A stretch of 63,717 bases of DNA, filler included, from Craspedostauros australis (Eukaryota), in NCBI GenBank assembly GCA_030167865.1. It is 9 parts of 9 records of this genome, joined end to end, with 100 filler letters (N's around TTAATTAATTAA, not from the genome) between each part and the next. Parts side by side here need not be neighbours in the genome. Positions count along the whole stretch, not along the records: positions 35,070 to 47,456 come from JALAGF010006028.1; 8 more parts are not named here. One strand, given 5' to 3'. The notes below the pieces were generated by a model. That model was not told the DNA's origin and did not search any database. It was given only the letters and a program-made list of their open reading frames with translations. Position numbers and translations under genes: made by a program. The first letter of the stretch is position 1, and every line of letters begins with the position of its first letter. Positions 35,892-47,556 of the stretch are shown one piece after another.

Positions 35892-38800
35892 ATGAGCCAC
35901 CCACGCCCAAAATCTCCCGCCAACACCCACCAGCCTTCGCCAAAGGTTCACCGTCCTCTCGAAGGTCGCGATGTCCACTCTCCTCGCCAGGGGCTCAACC
36001 CTTATGCTCTCCCCTTCGTACCATCGGTGTCTCATNACCAATCTAGGATGATTGCACCAGTGGCACGCTTTGTACCATCCCCACCCCNNGCCAACTACCC
36101 AACCATTCTCTACGGTCCAACCCCTGCNTNCCCTCCAACGCATGCCAACTACAACTATCCCACAGGAGGTGGGCACTACAACGCTGCGATGCCAACTGTT
36201 GGGTATGATGCAAACTTGCATTCTGCTTTCGTTGGCATCCCAAACTACCCCATGCCACCTATGGTTGCCACGCCTGCTCCATACGGTACCTCTCCAATGC
36301 CACCAATNNNNNNNNNNNNNNNNNNNNNNNNNNNNNNNNNNNNNNNNNNNNNNNNNNCGTCCTCTCGAAGGTCGCGATGTCCACTCTCCTCGCCAGGGGC
36401 TCAACCCTTATGCTCTCCCCTTCGTACCATCGGTGTCTCATGACCAATCTAGGATGATTGCACCAGTGGCACGCTTTGTACCATCCCCACCCCTCGCCAA
36501 CTACCCAACCATTCTCTACGGTCCAACCCCTGCGTCCCCTCCAACGCATGCCAACTACAACTATCCCACAGGAGGTGGGCACTACAACNCTGCGATGCCA
36601 ACTGTTGGGTATGATGCAAACTTGCATTCTGCNTTNGTTGGCATCCCAAACTACCCCATGCCACCTATGGTTGCCACGCCTGCTCCATACGGTACCTCTC
36701 CAATGCCACCAATCGCACACGGCATGCCAATCACCTGCTTTGGCAACTTGAAATGTCAAGATTGTGGTATCGTGTTCTGCGGTTGCTGCAATCCGGCATA
36801 TGCAAGACTCTCGTTCTGCCCGCAATGTGGAGCAAACCATGAAGGAGCTGGGTGGGTGGGCTTTGCCCCAGATGATCGCAATCAAAACCACTCCGAAACG
36901 GCACCTCGTCCGCATGTCCAAGCGAATCGCAGCGTTGTCATGTCTGCTCCAGTCCCAACCAGCATTGACAACAATTGCAATGGTGATACAATGATAGGTG
37001 ACACCATCATCAACAACGAAGCCTCAGCCCCTGGATGGCCAACCTGGACAAAGGATATGGCTGCAAAACAGAAGCTCCTATCCCTCTTCGGGATGGCTGG
37101 CAGAGATCCAGGCGTGCTGAGGAACTTCCCAAAGGGCGGATACCCAGGGATTTCGACCAAGGCCAACAGATATCATTGGGATTCCATGGAACAAGCATGG
37201 GAAGAGCATGTTTCCATCTTTTGGGATGCAGCTGCCCCCAACACCAAGGCTCCACCCCAACTGTGTGATGCCATCAAGTATGTCCAACATGACAAGGCTC
37301 TCCCTCCTGCAGGATTGTTGGAGACTGTCTGTCACTTTGCCTTCTTTGGAAATGACGACTTCTCTAAAGCTGCACGTGCAATGCTGGCATGCAAATGTGG
37401 TGCCATAGAATGCAAGCGCATCTTGCAATTTCACCATCATGCCCTGCCAGCAGAAGAACAAGCCAAGGTCGCCAACACTCGAATCACCATGCGCCGAGAA
37501 AAGCACAGTCAATTCAAGGATTTGGCGGACACGCTTCTATCTGGGAAGTCAATTCCAAAAATAAAGCGACCGTACCGTCCACCTGAAGACTCCCTCAAGA
37601 ATGCCATCTCATACATCACAACCATCGGGCACTACAAGGGTGGCAGATCGCGTACTGTGATGCTCGATGGCATTGTCTATGATAACTTGCCAATCTTTGT
37701 TCGCGACAGTACTCCTCCAAGGGAACTGTTCCGTGACTACATCAAGGGCAATGAGAATGCAGTCGGCTTTCCCACCTTCCACGACCTCCTCAAGCTGCTG
37801 ACAAGATGTGGCACTTCACACACCGCCTTGTCCTCCTACTACATGGACATGTCGAACGTCATTACTGAATTCAAACTCATGATGGAAAGGATCTTGGAAT
37901 TACTCCCTGACATCGACGCAACCACAGATCTTCGCGCTGAAGTTTCCATGCTGGTGGACGATGCTGATGCTACTTTCACCTTTGTGAGATGGGAGTATAC
38001 CAACTCCCATATGCAANNNNNNNNNNNNNNNNNNNNNNNNNNNNNNNNNNNNNNNNNNNNNNNNNNCTTTGTGAGATGGGAGTATACCAACTCCCATATG
38101 CAAGTTGAGTGTGATGATGACCATCTCCACTCTGCAACATTTGCTCTCACCGAATGTGATCGGCAGCCATCGAAGCACGTCTGCAAGAAGTGTGCTGCTG
38201 CCATGACATTTTTTCCGATCCGCGCCAAGAAAGCCGTCGAAGCTGCTAGGCAATGGATTACAGATGACAACGTTTTGGAGGAGGTGGAAACAATGCCACG
38301 TGCAGTCGACTTCTGCAGTGATCAGATGAGAATCTACATGGCTCATCGGATCAGGGCGATGGTGCAGTTCAAGCAAAGTGAGCGAAACAACCAATACTTG
38401 ATGACCCACCCACATGCATGTGTCGCCACGATTGACCACAAGTGCAAGCTCCTCCCCACCGCGAACAAAGAGACCCAAAGTGATTTCTTTGGAAAAGCAG
38501 GAATGTCACTTCTGGGTGTGATGACAGTCATCTTCGCGGATGGAAGATTTGAACATCGATTCATCGACCTGCTCATTGAGGGGCGTTCTACACAAGACAC
38601 TCTACAGGTTGCTGGTGCACTGAAGCTCCTCCTCAGAGACATTCTACCCAAACTACACAATGGTCTCGAGGAGGTCATCTTTCAGAGTGACAACGCCAGC
38701 TGCTTCGCAAGCCCGTCATCCATCCGACTNNNNNNNNNNNNNNNNNNNNGTGAGCATGGGGTTGCATTCGACATGAAGGGGTATGATAAGAAGCATCCCA

Positions 38801-40362
38801 TTGCTGCTATCAAGCTCAAATCCAAGTCCAAAATCGAAAGCAGCACGACAATCGCTGTCAATACCATCGACGCTGTCACAACTACCACATCTACAAGTAC
38901 AGCTGATGACACTGCTGCTACCGCAATAGCCACATCTGCAAGTACAGCTCGCGGTATCGAGGCAACCATGAGGACAACTGTTGGCATCATCACCAAGGTC
39001 AACAAGAGCACGAAACGCCCAATCAAGGCAAAATGCGGAAGAAAGGCGAAGAGGGCTGTGGGAAGGAAGCCTGTTGCGAAAACGCCAGAACAAAAAACAC
39101 GAGCGAAGAGAATGGCGCAGAGAGCAAAACACAGACGCATCAAATCCAACGCGTTTTTGTTCGCGAAGCGAAAAAGTGAGGACCAAGCCATCAAGAACCG
39201 CGGATCAACGCCACCATCAAAACTACCCAAAATCACGCAGTGGCTGTTCACAGAAGCCCAGACCGGCAAGAGTCCAGTGGATGGCCACTTTGGCATCGTG
39301 GGCAACGTTCTAAGACGAGCCATCAACCGCACAAAGGGCGCAAAGGGGTTGACAGAGAAAGGTATCTACACCAACCTCATCAAGCACAAGATCAAGGGGA
39401 CAATCATTGTGCTTGCGCATGCTGGCAAGTTGAAGGGCACCACCGTCATGCAATCCGATGGACTCGAAAACAAGCCATTTCGAACAGAAGAGATTCCCTG
39501 CCGAGGTGTGCATCAGGTGGACTTTCGCGATGGCAGCGCTGTACTCACATCATCCTCTGGTGTCACCGAGCCAGAGATCATCGATCAAGAAAAGCTGGAC
39601 AGCTACGACATCCAAGACCTGCAAATACACTTCGAAAGCGACGAAATCAAAGAGATCGAACCTGCCTTCGTGAAGACGCCAGGTGAAGCCAAGTCTCTGC
39701 CAACATACGCAACACGCACGTCACGCGCTCGCGGCAAGCCTGATACTCCAAAAAGTGCTGTTCTTCGCAATCTCGTCACAAATTGGGTCTTCGATTTCAT
39801 CTCACAGCCACGCCCTGGCGACGAAGCCAACACTGTCACAGTTGAGCAGAAGGTCGAGGCTCCTGACTTTGTCGAATCGGGTTGGGCAATCACGTATACC
39901 AAAAAGGCGAGTACGAAAGCGACCACGAAGACAGCAGCCACGAAATCAACTGCAAATTCATCGTCATCATCAGCAGCATCATCGGCGGCACCATCTGTAT
40001 CAGCATCGCCAACTGTGAAATCGTCATCGAAGCCACCTGCCAAATCAACCGTGATGCACCCCAATGTGTCGTCCTCTTCGGAATCCAAACCATTGTGGGC
40101 ATCCGAACAAAAAATCAGGATGATGTCACCCACGAAGAAGAAGAAGACGCCACAGCTATCTGAAAAGGTCCGAAAAGCTGCGTGCGAGGNAATCNAAGAA
40201 AGCAAAGACAGNACNGACAGGATCACNTCGTATGCTNTGTNTGAATGGTTGATGGAAAGGGTNATGAANTATGATTGGGAGCAGAGNGTGTCNATCCAAG
40301 CCTCCTTCTTCAAATCGTTTCTGAGAAGTGGCGAGAAGAACGCCGAGTCCTCCACAGAATAG
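35892..40362 (+). mobile_element. Large DDD transposase-like ORF, Sola (Sola3-like) superfamily
   Basis: Catalytic-type blocks TIDHKCKLLP..KETQSDFFGKAGMSLLG (D at 38434), FQSDNASCF (D at 38689) and EAQTGKSPVDGHFG (D at 39280). There is an N-terminal Cys cluster. The start is ATG 35892 once the gap overlap is collapsed. No TIRs were located. Confidence 0.65.
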
Positions 40363-43300
40363 AATAATGTCCAGAAACAAGGAATGTACCATTCGACTAT
40401 CGCATTCTGCTTGTAAACTTACTCCTGGTATACTCTGGTGGTGTGCTCTACTCGCATCGTAGTCGCTCCCTTCTCATATCATACCCATACTATAATCGCA
40501 CCATACTATATTCGCACTGTACTCGCAGCTCCATACTCGTGAACTTGTCGTGCGACATGGTCGTCGTCCGATCTCTCTACAACACTCCATTCTCCATCTG
40601 CGCACTTCTGGAACNGGAACAGGCACGAATCGCGAGCGTCTTCACGCCATACTACNTCGCCTCCGCCATCGCAAAGANAGTCGGTTGTNTCCACATTCAC
40701 ATCCATATCTAGATCACTTCTGCGCATAACAGATATTGCGGTGGCGCCGCCCATAGCATTCAAGCGAGGTACGCTCTTCTTGCCTTGCTTCCGACGCTAC
40801 GCTGATACTCCCTGCGCGCATGCAGCGACTCATCGTAAACATTGTCGAATCAACTTCATGATGGATAATCGGCGCAGACGTCGACGACAGCATGATGATG
40901 TTTGGCATCCGCTCGCGACCTTCGCAATACGCAAAGCTTGGATCCGTGCCTCCAAATAAACGAGAAGAAGATCCTGGGCTCGGCCACCTTCGCGTGCTGC
41001 TTCCTCAGTGGAGGATTCCATGATGGTGGCAGCCGATGTGTTGCCTGATGTGCAGCTGAGATATTCGTGGAGGCATGTCGACTACCTTTTCAGCATCGTN
41101 GTTGTTGTGATCTTCGTTGTTTGTTGTGGTGCGTGCGTTNATGTTGATTTGCGCAGCCCGTTCCTCCCTCCGCCGTGCNCGTTTGTGTTCTTGTGCCTTG
41201 TCTGATGGNTGCGCTTTGCATGCCCACCATTTAGTGATGAATGTCGTTTGTTGCCAATAGACAGACCCGACGCCATCGATACGACATGGCTCATTCATGA
41301 ATGCGATCACAAAGTGAGTAACAGAACAAGCACACCACAACGACAGAGGCAACGACGACAATGTTGGATCATGTATGCAGGCGAACCGAAGTTGTTTCTG
41401 ATANNNNNNNNNNNNNNNNNNNNNNNNNNNNNNNNNNNNNNNNNNNNNNNNNNCCATCTGCGCACTTCTGGAACAGGAACAGGCACGAATCGCGAGCGTC
41501 TTCACGCCATACTACGTCGCCTCCGCCATCGCAAAGAGAGTCGGTTGTGTCCACATTCACATCCATATCTAGATCACTTCTGCGCATAACAGATATTGCG
41601 GTGGCGCCGCCCATAGCATTCAAGCGAGGTACGCTCTTCTTGCCTTGCTTCCGACGCTACGCTGATACTCCCTGCGCGCATGCAGCGACTCATCGTAAAC
41701 ATTGTCGAATCAACTTCATGATGGATAATCGGCGCAGACGTCGACGACAGCATGATGATGTTTGGCATCCGCTNGCGACCTTCGCAATACGCAAAGCTTG
41801 GATCCNTGCCTCCAAANAAACGAGAAGAAGATCCTGGGCTCGGCCACCTTCGCGTGCTGCTTCCTCAGTGGAGGATTCCATGATGGTGGCAGCCGATGTG
41901 TTGCCTGATGTGCAGCTGAGATATTCGTGGAGGCATGTCGACTACCTTTTCAGCATCGTCGTTGTTGTGATCTTCGTTGTTTGTTGTGGTGCGTGCGTTA
42001 ATGTTGATTTGCGCAGCCCGTTCCTCCCTCCGCCGTGCGCGTTTGTGTTCTTGTGCCTTGTCTGATGGCTGCGCTTTGCATGCCCACCATTTAGTGATGA
42101 ATGTCGTTTGTTGCCAATAGACAGACCCGACGCCATCGATACGACATGGCTCATTCATGAATGCGATCACAAAGTGAGTAACAGAACAAGCACACCACAA
42201 CGACAGAGGCAACGACGACAATGTTGGATCATGTATGCAGGCGAACCGAAGTTGTTTCTGATATGTGATAAGTGTCCATGGTTGCTGTTGCGTTGTTCAC
42301 AAGCGGTCGCTGTGACATGCGTGATGCAAGAATGACGGTTGTACTTCCTTCACGTGACCACAAATACAGAGATTTCTCCGAAGTGGTGAACACAACACAC
42401 ACGCAACACACACTGCAACCATTGCCCATCTGTTCTCTGCCGATCAACCACGATGCAGACAATCAGGCATGGAACGCAGGGACGATGACAGTATTCGCTA
42501 TCGCACACAAAATGCTTGCAGCTATTGTATTCTTATAGTACTGTACTATTGTACGGTGATAATCGCCTCTGCTCCACTGTCCATTCTCAAGCCAGCAGCT
42601 CGCGACGATCCTCAGCCTATCGCTCTCACTGATTGTATTCCGTGTGGAAGGCAAGGATTGCAACACTCGAGCAAAACTGTCACATTCAACGCACCCACCC
42701 CACAGATCAACAGATGCAAGAAAGGTCCAGGGGACCACCCGATGTGATCGCGGCGGCCAAAAAGCTGTTGCGGCTAGCAGTTGTCCGCCCCTGACTTTAC
42801 CTCCCATGCAAAAGTAGGCACGAAAAAAAAATGCAACTGATTTGCGCCAGCACTGGTGGTTCGAGTCTCGGCGGAATGGTTCGGCAGTGGAGCCCATTCT
42901 CGTGTTGTTTGTCTCTGCTCGATCCCTCAAAATGACAAATTCAACGTCTGTCTCACCACCAGGATCGGAATCTCTGAAACGTCCTCTGACGCCAGATCAT
43001 GCAAACGGAACCATGGAATTGGAAAAAATGTGGTCATTTGGCACCTTCTTCCTGCCCAAATCGTGTTGCCATTTGCACAATGATGGCTGCCACAACAGGA
43101 AAGGTCAAAATCAACCGACAACGACACGAAACACAACACGAGAAACAACAAAGGAAACGACGCTGCCACCACCAGTCTCTTTCCGCGTCGAGCCATCAGC
43201 TCAGCAGATGAACATGACATCCCATGTTCAAGGGGAGCAACGCAGGTTGCGCAGGACTTTGTATTGACAAACTAAGCATCGCATTAAATAGTATTCTATA

Positions 43301-43848
43301 ATACAATGTTTTGCACACCACAGAATAAGTCATTGTGCTCCATTACATTATATAATACTGTGTTGTGTGGTATTCGCAAGTGTTGCTGTTGCAACTGATG
43401 CGCAGGGATGCCGCCGACGCTGTGCTGTTTGGCACGACACGCCCAAAGGAGGAAACCCCAAACCGAGCCAAATCACCAACAACGCGAGGAATCAACGTGT
43501 CACCAAACCTGCCGCAACGTCACCATCCACACCGTTGGGTGTCATCGCCGTCTGATATCGACCGTCAAAATCGTCATCATTTTCGTCCGCGGTGAAGACA
43601 AGTCGGCGAGGTATTTGTGTCGTAGAAGCTAGCTAAATATATCTAACCCTAATGGACAACACGAAAAATGATGTTCTAAAAATATCACGTGTTACGATGT
43701 CAAATCCGCAAAAACGTACGATTCTATCCTGAATGGGGCCCTAAGCCAATCAGATCACTCCATTTTGAACACAAGATACCTTCCGAACAGGGGGTGACCA
43801 AGACCGAAACGATCGTATAACGTCAATCGAAAATATTATGAAATCCTG

Positions 43849-43894
43849 GAGTTGAGTTATGAACGCCCCAAAAAGAGCGTTCATAACTCAACTC
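43849..43894. repeat. Perfect 18-bp inverted repeat with a 10-nt spacer
   Basis: GAGTTGAGTTATGAACGC-cccaaaaaga-GCGTTCATAACTCAACTC. Confidence 0.95.
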
Positions 43895-45059
43895 TCGCTT
43901 TTCATCCGGGTCTCGCCTCGTGCCTTCCTCTCAAATCGCTCCTCCAACGGCAATTTGGGAGTTTTTTATATTTCCTCCCTCGCATGCGGTGGCATCAGTT
44001 TTCAAAACCTCTGTTGTGCATGTATTGTCGTGCTACCCTCTACTTCCTCCCTTGTTTCTACCATCGACATGCGCTATTTGTCCATCTCCTTTCATGCATG
44101 TCGTGGCCTTCCATCATGTAGCTTGTTCCAAGAGCTTGGATTATGGTTAGCATTTCCTATATTATTGGCATGTGCTCTATCATCATGGATTGCTCCTCTT
44201 TCCTCCAACATTGCTGCAAGGTAGCCACCTCTACTGTCCTCATCATCGCTGAGCAACTCATGGCACAGCAGCGTCTTCTCACGTTCGCTGTTGCTGACTA
44301 CCTCCACAATGGCTTGCCTACTGCTTTGCACAGAGGCTGCTACAAGAGCTCAGGGTTTTCTCTCACGACATCAGTATCTTCTGGCATAACATTCTTGAAC
44401 ATGGTGATGTCATGGAGCTCTACAACTTTGTTGGTATGACTAGGGAGTCCTTCACCCAACTTGTTGCTGTCTTGAAGCCATCCATCAAGGCTCTTCCTGT
44501 CAATCAATGATCTGTGACCCCGTGTCAATGCAATCTGGCACGTCGCAGATACACGCATATTGATGTGGCTGCAATTGTCTTGAAGTATCTCCAACACATC
44601 CGCACTATGCATATTCAGGACGAAGAGCAATAATGCATGGAAGATGCAATGCATAGACGATCAAAAGCCACCCTGGTGTACATGGCATGCCACCAAGTCG
44701 GAAGCATATGAAGGAACATCCAAAGCAGTTAGGAAAGCACATCAAGAATCCAAGGCTGCAAAGCTGCAGAGAGCACGATTGCGCCAAGGGAGCAAGATCC
44801 AGATCGAAACGTGGATGGTACACACGACTCATATAGATCCATTGAGTCGATACCTTTAACGGGACTAGGACCGTGACTCGGGATAGGGGCGCGCCAGCCT
44901 CGCCAGTTATGAAATTATGAGCCACGCAAACACCTCCAGTATCTTCCTCTCGGTACCCCCTGTTTCTGTCGCAGGCGGCCGAAAAAGAGGGCCCCCCCCA
45001 AAATAGAAAGAAGTGAAAGAAAAAGAGGAACAACAAACGAAAAAGTGAGCGTCGTGCCG

Positions 45060-46389
45060 TCACATGTAAAGTGCGGTGATCCTGAGTCGGTCTGCGAGCG
45101 GCCACTGAAGGTATGCGGTTGGCATGTCCTCATTTGCGCGCTGCCGACGCCACCGCCCATGCTCGGAGACTTCGAGCTTGGTTGCTGCTCGCCGACACCC
45201 GGGACGTTGTCGGGAAACGTGTGTTCGTCCTCCCCGTTGGTACATGTGGAAGGAGTAGAATCTGGTAGGGATTGGCATCTCTTGCGCGCCGATGGCTGAC
45301 CGTAGGAAAGGATTGCCGCGGCCTTGTTGCTCCAGAAGGGACGGGTATACGAAAGTCGTACGGTAGAAATGAGACGTCCATGGTTGTCCGGAGGAATGAT
45401 GGACCACGAGGTCGGTCGGTACGCGATGGTCTTGGTCACGCTGAGCGCGTAGTAGCCAGTTGCCGAGGCTGAGATCGGAGGAGGAACGGAAGGCGATGAC
45501 GACGTTGGCTTGTTGGCTGCGATCGGACTTCGTCTGCATGGCCAGCCGGAGCAATACGGCGCCTGTGGCAGGTGGTAGGTTGTTGCTGTCGGCGTCGCGT
45601 GGTTCCAGAATGGTGACGTCTGCCCATGTGATGCCGAAAGCCTCTGAGGCTCTGAGCCAACCCAACCAGCCCACAAGGTTGATGATGCCTGCCATTGCGG
45701 CCGTTCGCCGCTGTTGCGGAGTGACAGCATGGTGGTATTGATGTAGGAAGCCTTGGTCCATGAAGTGGACATGTCGGGCGAGGAGAGCGGCTGACGGTCG
45801 TGAGTCTTCGCCGAGGCGGGTCCGCATGCCTTGGGTGAGCATGGAATAGCTGAGGTGGTCGGTGGGAAGGCGTTCATTCACAACGATTGGGCGTTGGTTG
45901 GCATCCACCATGGCGCGTTCTGGGTTGGCGAGACACATGTTCCAGGTCAGGAAGGCTGATGCGGCGCTACGCAGTCCTCGCACTGTGCTGAACTTGAGAG
46001 TCCGGTCGCCGAGTGGATTCTTGCGTGTGGGCGCTTGTGTCGCGTAGTGTTCTTGGGCCCACATGATGGGGATGGTTGCCAAGTGAGGTGGCGTCCGTAT
46101 ATTTGGTGGCTGTAGTGTTGGGATGCCGTAGGTTTCCCCGAACTTGCGCAGCACGTGGATCTTGCTCCCATACGTAGTTAGCATGCCCGCCACCCAGTTG
46201 TGCGCGAGATCGATGATCCGCATCCGTTCGAGTCGAAGTAGGTGGTGATCGGCCGGACTGGGGACCAGTTCGCGTTGGAGATGGACACGGACCGTGCATG
46301 CTTCGCACACGAACAGGCCCAAGATGCTGAGGTTGGGTGGCAGGATGAGACCCTTGTGGTTGCGTAGGCGTGTGTGGAAAGGGTGCCCC
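45060..46389 (-). mobile_element. Tyrosine recombinase ORF of a YR transposon (DIRS/Ngaro-like), 5' end interrupted by an LTR
   Basis: GWLRASE (Arg I), QTKSD (Lys), FHMYQRGG (HxxR box), HGRWR and AYL (Tyr). The frame stays open upstream of 46322 (GHPFHTRLRNHKGL...) up to the LTR edge at 46390. Confidence 0.85.
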
Positions 46390-47198
46390 TGTTGAGATGT
46401 ACATGCGTGTATATGTCAAGATGTACGTATGTGTATGTGCATCGCTCACCCGCTATTCTCGTATACTCACGTACGAACGGTACAACTACATTCGTGTCGT
46501 AGTGAACTGTAGTTTGACAAAATCACACCACAAATGGAACACACGAAAATGAGCAGGATTTCTGGAGGAAATCTGCAAACAACAATTTCTGAGAGTATCA
46601 GGAACATCGTCCGTCCATCCATCAATGGGAACATATGGTACCAAGCGCAACTTGGTATACTTCCCAACTAAACCTCAAATGACGATATCCGCACCGAGAC
46701 GTCGACATCATCGACGGCACGTGACATCTGGAGAGCAGAAGGACGACAACTGACATTGACAGGATGTCATCATGTCACCACGTCGACACCTGTCTCCAAG
46801 TCAGAACAGGAGGCGAAGATCCGATGACCGAAGAGGATCAGCATCATGGATACAGAAGGTGAAGTTCAAATGGTAAGTACTCATGGAGTAAGAGCCAGTA
46901 CTGAATGAACGGAGTGTCGAATGCGGAGTACGCATCGAACACGGAGTATCGTGTAGCACGAGCACACGATGTTGAGAAAGAGAGAATACAGAGAGGAGCG
47001 AGAGAGAGAGTCTCGCGTACCGACTCATAGTCGGAGACCGAATCTACGAAATAGATTGAAGCACCGAGAGCATCGGGCAAGAGAACGAACGGACACCGAG
47101 AGGATCGGAGTGCCAACGTAATGAAATAGCAAACGAACGACTATCAACCAACACCATCTTCCACGATCGTAGGTTACCATGAGTGGAACTTGCCAACA
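46390..47198. mobile_element. LTR, family B (809 bp)
   Basis: TGTTG...CAACA terminal inverted repeat, with homologues at 32494, 47204 and 62036. Confidence 0.85.
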
Positions 47199-47203
47199 TT
47201 CAT

Positions 47204-47456
47204 TGCATCACCAATGGAACATGACATCTGGAGAGCAGAAGGACACCTACTGACGTCGACAGGATGTCATCGTGTCACCACGTCGACATCTGTCTCCAAG
47301 TCAGAGCAGGAGGCGAAGATCCGATGACCCATGAAGATCATGGATACTGAAGGTGAACTTCAAATGGAAAGCACTCATGGAGTAGGAGCCAGTACTGAAT
47401 GAACGGAGTGTCGAATACGGAGTACGTATCGAACACGGAGTATCGTGTGCGACGAG
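47204..47456. mobile_element. Internal fragment of another family-B LTR
   Basis: A diverged repeat of about 46705-46963 (gacatctggagagcagaagg...gaacacggagtatcgtgt). Confidence 0.8.
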
Positions 47457-47556
47457 NNNNNNNNNNNNNNNNNNNNNNNNNNNNNNNNNNNNNNNNNNNN
47501 TTAATTAATTAANNNNNNNNNNNNNNNNNNNNNNNNNNNNNNNNNNNNNNNNNNNN

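Noticed and set aside
40594..42263. ~810-bp direct repeat resembling an LTR pair or TRIM
   Set aside because: The copies abut a 50-N gap and differ only at N positions. The same artefact occurs at about 8270, 10130, 31460, 35950-36713, 37980, 51520 and 52255.
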